From the NCBI GenBank assembly GCA_018401695.1, contig JAGYKD010000001.1, forward strand, positions 125,651 through 189,650: DNA of 64,000 bases, written 5' to 3'. This DNA comes from Flavobacteriales bacterium. GTDB taxonomy: Bacteria > Bacteroidota > Bacteroidia > CAIKAF01. The notes under the pieces were generated by a model that saw only the letters and a list, made by a program, of their open reading frames with translations, had not been told where the DNA came from and made no database searches. Both the position numbers and the translations under genes were made by a program. This document shows positions 1 to 9,137 of the stretch, piece by piece (positions within the stretch are counted from its first letter, which is position 1; each line of letters opens with the position of its first letter).

Positions 1-2796
1 CTCAATTAAGAAGGACCGCCTTTTAGTGTTGAACTCTGAAATCAATATGCGTACTTCATTGCCTACTTTATTTTGTTGAAAAGCATGAACAAAACAATTC
101 TCTATAAAAACCTGAATTAAACCCGCAGGAATAGAAATTTGGTCCATTTCAGCAAAGGTGGGTTTTGCCTCAATTATTAACTCCACTGACTCAGGAAACC
201 TATCCTCTTGTAATTTGTGATATGACCGGACAAGCTCTAATTCTTTATTTAGTCCTATTAATTCGGACTGAAGATTTTCCAGAAAACCTCTTAACAAACC
301 TGCAAAATTCACTAAAAACTTAGATGCCTTCTCATTATTTCCAGAGTTTATCAAGCTGTAAACAGTATTGAGAGAGTTAAACACAAAATGTGGATTTAGC
401 GTTTTCTGGTATGCGATTAACTCTAATTCATAATACCGATTTAATTGTTTCATTCTTCTTTCCCGCATTCGGAGCCAGTATCTGATAAAAAGAAATGAAC
501 AAAGTAGGATAGTAAAAATAATACTTAACCGAAAAACTAGAGACTTATACCAAGGTGGGTTTACCTTAATCCAAAAAACAAACGGAGAGGATTCTATTCT
601 TAGGTCTGAGAGGTATGACCACACCTTAACCTCATGAACTCCAGGAGGAATACCCGTTAAATTAAAGGTGCCACTTTTGCTCTCACGCACTGTCACCCCA
701 GAAATTTCCATTATGTACTCTGAAGTAAGGGTACTAAAAAAGAAGGGCAGACCTGCATTGAAGCGCAAGGAATCTCCAAAATCTAAAGAAAGCATACTTG
801 AGGTTAAGTGTATTTCATCAATCCCTCTTACCATAGGGGAGACCGCTGTAAGTCGTTCAAGGCTCAGGGTAGAACTAAGCTGTACCTTGTGAAGTGCGGC
901 ATCGGTTTGGAAAATCATGGTATCTCCTTTGACCCAAAAAGCTTTTGCTTCTTGAAAAAAATGAGATCCATTTAGGGGCTGATATGAAAAAAACGGGTAT
1001 TTGTAAGGAGATACACAAAGAACAAAGTCTTTTGATGCAAAACAGGCACGTGTGTATAGCCCAGCATGGTTAATGGTTGACAAGAGCTTTCGACCAGAGG
1101 GCAGTTGAATCGCTGCCATAATCTCTCCTTCCCTTCTAACAATCAACCTATTACCCAACTCAAGTGACATAGTTAGCCCATTGTTCATGTAGTATTGAAC
1201 CAAGGGTCTATAATTAATGCTCTTTCTTTCCTCTTGAGGTTTTATGCTACTGTTCAAGACCCTTCCCTCAGGTTTTGAAATACAAAAAGACCTTAGAACA
1301 TTTTCATCTTGGAGGGTTAGTGTCAAATTTTGGTTTTCCTCGGTAAAATAAAATAGTCCGGGAAGCGTAGCCTGAAAAAACAAAAAGTTAATCTTATCGC
1401 CCTGGTAGAAAACATAGCCAAATGCATCATTAAACTGGACTACCAATGATTCTTTTCCTTGAAACACTGACTTAGGTTGCCCCAAAGTAATTTCTAAGGG
1501 GAAGGATACATCAAAGGACCAACTACCTCCAAGAGAAAAGTCTTGAAGACTCGTATAGGTAGGTTGTTTTACTTCATTGTCAGAATTTCTAACAGGAAAA
1601 ACGTACCACTTGGGACCAGGAATGACAAGTAATTTCCCCAGGAGAAATCCTTTGTTATACTCAGTCTCCTTTTCTTCAATGAAACCCAAGGTCTTATTCT
1701 GCTCAACGTTTCCCATCAAAAACACTCTTGTAGCATCTTTGTAGATAAAGCAAGTGTCATTTGAATACAAAAGCTTCCAAGAGCTCGGTATTCCTTTTCT
1801 TTCATGAAAATATCCACCTATTAAATACCGGGAACTTCCATTCGCACCTAAATACGAGGTAAGTGTAATAGGCTCAACAAACTGCTCCGAACGACCAAAA
1901 GGGCTTTCGTCCTCTAACAAAAACCCATATTTAGGATTCTTTGAAGAAAAGATCCCATTATTTGTTCTAGACTTCAATAGAAGAGAATCTTGCCGAACCT
2001 TCCTGTAAACTTCACTTGAAAAACTAAAGCTATAAACAGGAGCATTGGAGGCAATCCGAAAAAATAAACTGGCATTGTTTGCAAAGAACTCCAGTTTATG
2101 CTTGTATTTATCTTTTACTTGAAGCTTATGAGGGTAGTAGCTCACTTTTGGAGCCTCAACATTTTCAAAAACGACAACCCCCTTATTATCCAGAAAAAAA
2201 TACTTTCCATTGCTATGCCCTATCGGGTAAAAGGGCGAATGGTCATTCGGATGATTTATTCCACCTAAAAAGATGCCATCTCCACTATAAACAAGAACAC
2301 CCCTTTTAATAGGAATAAAGAGGTAGCCATTCAGTAACTTTGCCCCAGATTTTGCAAAAACGCTATTCCCGTTTTTATCCTTTAATGAGATCCTGCTAAC
2401 ACGACCAGCCCTATCAAGCTTCATTATATAGGTGGAAGTAGAAAACAGAAATAGAGAACTAGAATCTTGACTCAATACTAATTCCCAATATTCTAATGGA
2501 GGTAATGAGCTATATATTTTATTCATAGGACGTACTTGGCTCCCATCCCAACTCAGCAACCCATCAGAGGTAGCAGCAACAAACTGATTGTCAAAAAAAA
2601 CCAAATCGTATTCAAGCTGTACCGAAAAAGGAGATGAAAAAGGCTCATTCAAAGGCTGTGCGTGTGTTTGTAAAGAATAAACCCACAGGAGGAGAGAAGA
2701 GTATTTCAAGAACAATAGGAAATGGGTAACTGCTGCCCGACTCAGTTTTATTAATTTTACATCTGAATTTTTAAAATATGAATGGCTAAACCCCAT
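1..2796 (-). CDS. Membrane-anchored LytS/YehU-type sensor histidine kinase with large extracytoplasmic domain; 3' end runs off the window; absent from ORF track
   Basis: Hand translation gives an open minus frame from ATG 2796 (or TTG 2709, MKYSSLLLWVYSLQTHAQ, signal-like) to base 1. It contains a Y_Y_Y-like LTGIPPGVHEVKVW..VNPPWYKS, a TM helix, then LNPHFVFNSLN, ELELVRSYHKLQEDRF and IPAGLIQVFIENCFVHAF (His_kinase family motifs). Confidence 0.88.
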   Translation of the reverse strand, partial: MGFSHSYFKNSDVKLIKLSRAAVTHFLLFLKYSSLLLWVYSLQTHAQPLNEPFSSPFSVQLEYDLVFFDNQFVAATSDGLLSWDGSQVRPMNKIYSSLPPLEYWELVLSQDSSSLFLFSTSTYIMKLDRAGRVSRISLKDKNGNSVFAKSGAKLLNGYLFIPIKRGVLVYSGDGIFLGGINHPNDHSPFYPIGHSNGKYFFLDNKGVVVFENVEAPKVSYYPHKLQVKDKYKHKLEFFANNASLFFRIASNAPVYSFSFSSEVYRKVRQDSLLLKSRTNNGIFSSKNPKYGFLLEDESPFGRSEQFVEPITLTSYLGANGSSRYLIGGYFHERKGIPSSWKLLYSNDTCFIYKDATRVFLMGNVEQNKTLGFIEEKETEYNKGFLLGKLLVIPGPKWYVFPVRNSDNEVKQPTYTSLQDFSLGGSWSFDVSFPLEITLGQPKSVFQGKESLVVQFNDAFGYVFYQGDKINFLFFQATLPGLFYFTEENQNLTLTLQDENVLRSFCISKPEGRVLNSSIKPQEERKSINYRPLVQYYMNNGLTMSLELGNRLIVRREGEIMAAIQLPSGRKLLSTINHAGLYTRACFASKDFVLCVSPYKYPFFSYQPLNGSHFFQEAKAFWVKGDTMIFQTDAALHKVQLSSTLSLERLTAVSPMVRGIDEIHLTSSMLSLDFGDSLRFNAGLPFFFSTLTSEYIMEISGVTVRESKSGTFNLTGIPPGVHEVKVWSYLSDLRIESSPFVFWIKVNPPWYKSLVFRLSIIFTILLCSFLFIRYWLRMRERRMKQLNRYYELELIAYQKTLNPHFVFNSLNTVYSLINSGNNEKASKFLVNFAGLLRGFLENLQSELIGLNKELELVRSYHKLQEDRFPESVELIIEAKPTFAEMDQISIPAGLIQVFIENCFVHAFQQNKVGNEVRILISEFNTKRRSFLIE

Positions 2797-3655
2797 GATT
2801 AAAGAAAATACACAAACCCTCTTTTCATTTGTGAAATGGTTATTGGGTTCTGCCAAATTTAAATCATTTAAACCAATCGCTCCCGAACACAATTCCGCAG
2901 TCATTCTGGGGAATGGCCCGAGCCTGAGGGAATACCTACCTAACCTTTTGGAGCTTAGCTCCCGAGTTGAGCTCTGGGGAGTTAATTTCTTTTGCAACTC
3001 CGAAGCTTTCGATAATATAAAACCTAGATATTATGTGATAAATGCTCCAGAACTTGTTTTCCTTTCTGAGGATGCGATACCTCAAAAAACTATTGAAGCT
3101 AAAAAAGAGCTGCTTGCCAATATTTCTAAAGCAGATTGGCCTATGCAACTATTTGTTCCTTATCCTGGTGTAAAGGCTATGAAACGCCGGTTTAAAAACC
3201 ATATTCATATTAAAGTTCAGGGCTATAATGCCACCCCATTAGAAGGATCCGTTAAATTCACAAATTTTGCTTTAAGGCACGGGTGGGGGCTTCCTAGACC
3301 TCACAATGTTTTGATTCCAGCACTAGCCTTAGCTCTTAGAATGGACTTTACAAAAATTCTGCTTTTGGGAGCTGAGCACTCTTGGATTGAATCCTTAACA
3401 GTAACTCAAAATAATGAGGTACTTCTTGACCATCAGCACTTCTACGACAAAGGAAAGCAAATAGACAAAATGAACAGCTCCACATTTGAGCCGCGAAAGC
3501 TCCACGAAGTATTAGAAAAGTTTTATTTCAGCTTTAAATCGTATTGGGTTTTGAAGTATTTTGCTTCACATTTAAATATTCAAGTATATAATGTCACGCC
3601 AAAATCCTACATTGACGCCTTTAAAAAAGTAGATATAAACGATGTCCAATTTTAA
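2795..3655 (+). CDS. Maf/DUF115 (MptE-like) domain protein; candidate nonulosonate transferase
   Basis: AVILGNGPSL, KPRYYV and NVLIPALALALRMDFTKILLLGAEHSW motifs; first gene of the pse cluster. Confidence 0.65.
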   Translation: MIKENTQTLFSFVKWLLGSAKFKSFKPIAPEHNSAVILGNGPSLREYLPNLLELSSRVELWGVNFFCNSEAFDNIKPRYYVINAPELVFLSEDAIPQKTIEAKKELLANISKADWPMQLFVPYPGVKAMKRRFKNHIHIKVQGYNATPLEGSVKFTNFALRHGWGLPRPHNVLIPALALALRMDFTKILLLGAEHSWIESLTVTQNNEVLLDHQHFYDKGKQIDKMNSSTFEPRKLHEVLEKFYFSFKSYWVLKYFASHLNIQVYNVTPKSYIDAFKKVDINDVQF

Positions 3656-4664
3656 TAACAAAAGCATTTTAGTGACCGGAGGAACAGGATCCTTTGGTAA
3701 ATCCTTTGTAAGGGAAGTTTTGGATTCTTACCCTGAAGTAAGGAAAATCATCATTTTTAGTAGAGATGAACTAAAGCAATTTGAAATGGCTCAAGAGTTC
3801 TCTGCTGACGAACGCAAAAAACTTCGCTTTTTCCTTGGTGATGTTAGGGATAAAGACCGTTTAAACAGAGCAATTGAAGGAGTTAACATTATAGTACATG
3901 CCGCCGCCTTAAAACAAGTACCTGCGGCAGAGTATAACCCCTTGGAGTTCATTAAAACAAATATTTTAGGCGCTGAGAATATTATTGACGCTGCTTTTAA
4001 TAATGGGGTAGAAAATGTAGTTGCCCTGTCAACGGATAAGGCTGCCGCACCAGTTAATCTTTATGGTGCAACAAAGCTTTGTTCCGACAAACTTTTCCTT
4101 GCAGCCAATAATATCAAAGGAACACGTTCTATTAAGTTTTCTGTAGTTAGGTATGGTAACGTTATGGGAAGCAGAGGTTCCGTAATTCCATTTTTTCTAA
4201 AAATTGCAAAAAAGGCAACGAAAATACCAATTACCTCCCCTGAAATGACAAGATTTAACATTTCCCTTAAAGAAGGGGTAGATATGGTTCTATTTGCAAT
4301 AAATAACCAATGGGGAGGGGAGTTGTATGTTCCTAAAATCCCCTCTTATAAAATTTTAGATGTTGCTCAAGCAATCGCTCCAAGCCTACCAACCGAAATT
4401 GTTGGTATTAGGCCCGGTGAAAAAATTCATGAAGAAATGATTACCGAGGCAGACTCTTACTCTACCTTCGACATGGAAAAATATTTTGCCATCCTTCCTC
4501 AAATACCTGTCTTTGATTTAGAAAGTTTTAAGAGTCATTTCAATGCCAAGCCTGTGAGTCAAGGCTTTAAATATAACTCAGGTACAAACTCCGATTGGTT
4601 AAATGTGGAAGACATTAGGAGTTTAATTAAATTGCATGTCGACAAAAATTTTGAACCTATTTAA
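3642..4664 (+). CDS. pseB: UDP-N-acetylglucosamine 4,6-dehydratase (inverting)
   Basis: TGGTGSFG, FSRDELKQFEM, HAAALKQVPAAEYNP, STDKAAAPVNLYGATK, RYGNVMGSRGSVIPFF. Confidence 0.95.
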   Translation: MSNFNNKSILVTGGTGSFGKSFVREVLDSYPEVRKIIIFSRDELKQFEMAQEFSADERKKLRFFLGDVRDKDRLNRAIEGVNIIVHAAALKQVPAAEYNPLEFIKTNILGAENIIDAAFNNGVENVVALSTDKAAAPVNLYGATKLCSDKLFLAANNIKGTRSIKFSVVRYGNVMGSRGSVIPFFLKIAKKATKIPITSPEMTRFNISLKEGVDMVLFAINNQWGGELYVPKIPSYKILDVAQAIAPSLPTEIVGIRPGEKIHEEMITEADSYSTFDMEKYFAILPQIPVFDLESFKSHFNAKPVSQGFKYNSGTNSDWLNVEDIRSLIKLHVDKNFEPI

Positions 4665-5866
4665 TGGAAAGACCAATCCCATATGGCAAACAATTCCTAA
4701 CGGAAGAAGACATTAAAAGTGTTGTTGAAGTACTAAATTCGGACTACCTTACTCAAGGCCCTAAAATAGAAGAATTTGAAAATGCGTTTTCCAAATATGT
4801 TAACGCCGAATATGGGGTAGCAGTAAATAATGGAACTGCTGCCTTACACATTGCTTTAAAGGCACTTGGGGCAGAACCAAATCAATATGTTTTAGTACCC
4901 CCAATAACATTTGCAGCCTCTGCGAATTGTATAGAATACAATAACGCTATTCCACTCTTTACAGAAGTTGATGAACATGGACTCATGGATCTAAACTATG
5001 TGGAGGATTTGGTAAAAAGATATGGAACAAAAATAAGGGGAGCTATTCCCGTACAATACGCAGGTAAAGCTCTTAATCTAAAAAACTTAAGAGAAATACT
5101 TTCTACAATAGGGGGCTGGATCTTGGAGGATGCTTGCCATGCACCGGGAGGCTCTTTTGTTAAACCTAATGTAACCTTCCATTGTGGTGATGGCCAATTC
5201 TCCGATGCTAGTATTTTTTCATTCCACCCGGTTAAACACATTGCGACAGGTGAAGGCGGCATGGTGACAACTCCTCACTCCAAAGTCGAACAAAAACTTC
5301 GCACTCTTAGAACTCACGGTATCACAAAAGACCATGAACTTTTCCAAAACCCATTGGACTTAGCAAACGGGGAATCTCAGCAATCAAATTACCCAAGTTG
5401 GTATATGGAAATGCAAGAGTTAGGTTATAATTATAGACTAACTGATTTTCAAGCAGCATTAGGTATTTCCCAACTTACAAAGGCTAAGGAAAACCTTGAA
5501 AAACGGAGAGATATAGCTCGCTACTACATGAAAGAGCTTCAAGATTTACCAATTGAGCTCCCTTTTGATAACTTCAAGTCTCATGAAATCAACCACCACG
5601 CTCTACACCTGTTTGTCATAAAAACTGAAAAGAGAAGGGCGCTTTACGATTTTCTAAGAGAACATAAAATTTTTGCGCAAATCCATTATTTCCCGATACA
5701 CCTGATGCCCTATTACAGAAAAAAATACGGATATAAGCCTGGAGACTTTTCATCTGCTGAGAATTTCTATTCCAAATGCTTGTCTATTCCTTTGTTTCCT
5801 AGCTTAACAATTCAAGAAATGGATAGGGTTATAAATAAAATAAAGGACTTCTTCCGTCATGGATAA
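4664..5866 (+). CDS. pseC: UDP-4-amino-4,6-dideoxy-N-acetyl-altrosamine transaminase (DegT family)
   Basis: IPYGKQ, LTQGPKI, EDACHA, SFHPVKHIATGEGG, MQELGYNYRLTDFQAALG. Confidence 0.92.
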   Translation: MERPIPYGKQFLTEEDIKSVVEVLNSDYLTQGPKIEEFENAFSKYVNAEYGVAVNNGTAALHIALKALGAEPNQYVLVPPITFAASANCIEYNNAIPLFTEVDEHGLMDLNYVEDLVKRYGTKIRGAIPVQYAGKALNLKNLREILSTIGGWILEDACHAPGGSFVKPNVTFHCGDGQFSDASIFSFHPVKHIATGEGGMVTTPHSKVEQKLRTLRTHGITKDHELFQNPLDLANGESQQSNYPSWYMEMQELGYNYRLTDFQAALGISQLTKAKENLEKRRDIARYYMKELQDLPIELPFDNFKSHEINHHALHLFVIKTEKRRALYDFLREHKIFAQIHYFPIHLMPYYRKKYGYKPGDFSSAENFYSKCLSIPLFPSLTIQEMDRVINKIKDFFRHG

Positions 5867-6608
5867 ACCCACGTTTAGAGTTTTTATTCAAGCTAGAATG
5901 AGTTCAACCCGTTTGCCGGGGAAAGTTTTAAGAAACCTAAATGGACAACCTGTTTTGTTTTGGGTAATTGACAGAACAAAAAAGCTTGGACTCGAAACTA
6001 CAGTTCTTACAAGTAATGATTCAAGTGACAACTTTATTCAAGAATGGTGTGAAAAAAATGAGGTGGACTGTTTCAGAGGATCTCTAAACAATGTTCTTTA
6101 TCGATTTGTCGAAGCAGCATTGAACAGACCTGCAGATTTCTACATTCGGTTAACTGCAGATTGCCCACTAATTTTTTCTGAGCCAATTGAACAAGGGATT
6201 AAGTTCTGTAGGCTTTTGTTTGATCAAAAACCAAACAGCAAAATATTTTGTTCAAATTCTATTTGCAGATCCTACCCAAGAGGTTTAGATTTTGAAATCT
6301 TTTCAAGAAACTTGCTTGAAACAACAGGCCAAATGGCAAAAGATAATTATGAGCTCGAGCACGTTACCCCTTTCATGTATTTAAGTCCAAATGGTGCTGA
6401 AAAATTAATTCAGGTCACACACTCCACAGATTTATCTAATTACCGAATAACACTAGATACCGAAGAGGATTTTAGAGTTATTTCCAAAATATTTTCTGAA
6501 AAGAAAAAATTCTTAGCCAGTTTTAGCGATTTTACTAACAACCTTTCTAATTGGAATAGCATTTTTGACTTAAATAAACACATCCATCAAAAAGGAATTT
6601 ATGAATAA
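5859..6608 (+). CDS. spsF: SpsF-type cytidylyltransferase (functional PseF candidate)
   Basis: IQARMSSTRLPGKVL, RLTADCPLI, YPRGLDFEIF, EHVTP, RITLDTEED. Confidence 0.85.
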   Translation: MDKPTFRVFIQARMSSTRLPGKVLRNLNGQPVLFWVIDRTKKLGLETTVLTSNDSSDNFIQEWCEKNEVDCFRGSLNNVLYRFVEAALNRPADFYIRLTADCPLIFSEPIEQGIKFCRLLFDQKPNSKIFCSNSICRSYPRGLDFEIFSRNLLETTGQMAKDNYELEHVTPFMYLSPNGAEKLIQVTHSTDLSNYRITLDTEEDFRVISKIFSEKKKFLASFSDFTNNLSNWNSIFDLNKHIHQKGIYE

Positions 6609-7659
6609 TGCAGTGGTACATATTGGTCAAAGTAAGTTGTCTTTAAGTACCAGACCTTACATTGTAGCTGAACTTTCTGCAAACCACGGCAACAGCTTAG
6701 AATTGGCATTAAAAACAGTCAGTGCTGCAAAATCTGCCGGAGCAGACGCCATAAAACTGCAAACCTACACCGCAGACTCAATTACCTTCAACCATAAATC
6801 CGAAATATTCAAAATAAATCAAGGAACTGTCTGGGATGGTGAGTACTTATACGATTTGTACGAAAAAGCACATATGCCATGGGAATGGCACGATCCTATT
6901 TTTAAATTGGCTAAAGAACTAGGGATAGATTGCTTTAGCTCTCCTTTTTCTCCGGAAGCAGTTGACTATTTAAAAAAATTCAATCCGCCAGCCTTCAAAA
7001 TAGCTTCCTTTGAAATAACAGATATTCCACTTATTAAATATGCGGCCAAACAGAACAAGCCCATTATTATTTCTACAGGTATCGCCAATGAAAATGACAT
7101 TAAGCTTGCGTTAGATGCCTGTCACCAAGTGGGCAATTCAGAGGTCATCTTACTAAAATGTACTTCTGCCTATCCAGCCCCCATCGACTCCTTACAGCTC
7201 AGGCTCATTCCAATAATGAGAAAGCAATTCAACACCCTAGTTGGTCTTTCTGATCACTCTAAAGGAATTATTGCTCCTACAATTGCTACGTCGCTAAATG
7301 CAGTTTTTATTGAAAAGCATTTTATTCTTGATAAATCTGTGGGAGGCCCTGATGCCCATTTCTCGCTAGAGCCAAAAGAGTTTAAAGAAATGGTTGATAC
7401 CGTACATAAAACGTTTGAGGCACTAGGACCTGAAGTAAATAGCTTTCCTTCGACTCGACCCAAAAGTCAGTTTGCCAGATCTTTATTCATTGTAAAAGAT
7501 GTAAAACGCGGAGATTGTATCTCTCAAGAAAACATTAAGTCCATTAGACCGTCGCATGGCCTACACCCAAAATACTACGAAAGTATTCTTGGGAAAACGT
7601 TTCGACAGGACCTACCCGCCGGAACACCTTTAAGTAAAGACCATTATTCAGAATCCTGA
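6601..7659 (+). CDS. pseI: Pseudaminic acid synthase (NeuB family with SAF domain)
   Basis: AELSANHGNS, KLQTYTAD, KIASFEITD, LLKCTSAYPAP, GLSDHS, EKHF, SIRPSHGLHP. Confidence 0.92.
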   Translation: MNNAVVHIGQSKLSLSTRPYIVAELSANHGNSLELALKTVSAAKSAGADAIKLQTYTADSITFNHKSEIFKINQGTVWDGEYLYDLYEKAHMPWEWHDPIFKLAKELGIDCFSSPFSPEAVDYLKKFNPPAFKIASFEITDIPLIKYAAKQNKPIIISTGIANENDIKLALDACHQVGNSEVILLKCTSAYPAPIDSLQLRLIPIMRKQFNTLVGLSDHSKGIIAPTIATSLNAVFIEKHFILDKSVGGPDAHFSLEPKEFKEMVDTVHKTFEALGPEVNSFPSTRPKSQFARSLFIVKDVKRGDCISQENIKSIRPSHGLHPKYYESILGKTFRQDLPAGTPLSKDHYSES

Positions 7660-9137
7660 TGGGCATTCTTTACTCACAAAGCGTCCGAAACTCTATTCTA
7701 TTATTTACTGGCATAGGGGTTGGCTTTATTTCAAGTGCTATAATTCAACCAAAAATCTTCTCACCGGAGGAAAATGGCATCATTAAACTTCTAGTTGCAG
7801 TAGGGGCTATACTAGGACAGCTTTGCAGCTTAGGTTACCCTTCTGCTCTTATTAAGTTTAAACCAATTTTGCAAAAAAAAGGAGTTGACTTAAGTTGGTT
7901 AACCCTTAAATATTCAACAGTAGGGATTATTCTTACCATAGTAGTATGTAGTGCCTACGTTATCTTCCAATACTTCTCAACACCAACGGATTCCTCTGCC
8001 TTCTCAAATTACTCCTTACTAATTCCAATTGTTGCTGTTTCAACGCTATTATTTCTTAACCTTGACGCGCTTCACAGAGCTTTCTTTAACTCTACCGCAG
8101 GGGTTCTCCAAAAAGAAGTTATTCAACGCTCATTTACCCTAGTACTTCTTGGTTTTGTTGTATTCCTAAAACTTGATTTTGACTTTTTTATAATTATATA
8201 CTCCTTGCTTTTTGCCTTTCCGCCACTAATGTTATTGATCTTAAAAATCCAAAAGCCGCACTCCAAAAACTATTCGGCTCGTTCCTTCCCAAAAGCCTTG
8301 AAAAAACCATTCATTTCAGTCGCAGGTTTTGGCATTATCGCTGGCCTCTCTTCCTCCTTCATTATAAGCCTTGATGCATTATTTATTGAAGGCTTAATTG
8401 GCACATCGCACACAGGTGTGTATGCTGTTTTTGGCTACTTTGCCACCTTGGTACTTATTCCATTTAGAGCTATTGACAGAATTGCATCCCCAATTATTTC
8501 TCAAGCCCTCAATAGTAAAAATTTTGAAGAAATAAAAAAGGTTTATCAGCAATCTACTCTTTATCTCATTATTCTTAGTGGAGGCCTTGCTTCTGTGTTA
8601 ATTTCCAGCTATGAGCAAATTTCAATCTTTCTAACAGAGACATATGCCTATGGCATTCAAGTAATGTTTATTTTGATTATATCAAACCTTTTAGATGCCA
8701 TTACTGGCATCAATACATCGATTATTGCTAATTCAAAGTTTTACCGATACAACACCTACTTCCTACTAGGTTTAATAGTAATTTCTTGTATCACAAATTA
8801 TTTTCTTATTCCTTATTTTGGTATAAATGGAGCAGCAGCAGCCACTTTCCTAAGTATTCTACTTTATAATATTTGTAAACTCTTATTCATTGGCCTAAAG
8901 TTTGGCTTTTATCCATTTACATGGAAGGCTCCTGTTTGCCTTTTCTTCCCCCTTGGAGGGCTGTTTGCTGCGTATCTACTCTCTTTAATTTTACCCTCAG
9001 GGGAACACAATTTATTCGAACTGATTTGGGTCGTTACCTTAAAAGGTAGTATTGCTCTAACTATTTCCCTTTCAGCATTTCTTATTCCTGGCCTTTTGCC
9101 GAAACTCCCCTCCAAAAAACAACCGCCCCACCTATAA
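7659..9137 (+). CDS. wzx: Wzx-type oligosaccharide flippase
   Basis: About 12-14 hydrophobic segments; LIPYFGINGAAAATFLS motif; last gene of the sugar cluster. Confidence 0.85.
   Translation: MGILYSQSVRNSILLFTGIGVGFISSAIIQPKIFSPEENGIIKLLVAVGAILGQLCSLGYPSALIKFKPILQKKGVDLSWLTLKYSTVGIILTIVVCSAYVIFQYFSTPTDSSAFSNYSLLIPIVAVSTLLFLNLDALHRAFFNSTAGVLQKEVIQRSFTLVLLGFVVFLKLDFDFFIIIYSLLFAFPPLMLLILKIQKPHSKNYSARSFPKALKKPFISVAGFGIIAGLSSSFIISLDALFIEGLIGTSHTGVYAVFGYFATLVLIPFRAIDRIASPIISQALNSKNFEEIKKVYQQSTLYLIILSGGLASVLISSYEQISIFLTETYAYGIQVMFILIISNLLDAITGINTSIIANSKFYRYNTYFLLGLIVISCITNYFLIPYFGINGAAAATFLSILLYNICKLLFIGLKFGFYPFTWKAPVCLFFPLGGLFAAYLLSLILPSGEHNLFELIWVVTLKGSIALTISLSAFLIPGLLPKLPSKKQPPHL

Noticed and set aside
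668-2309. Plus-strand ORFs 668-892 and 2079-2309
   Set aside because: Antisense shadows of the sensor kinase
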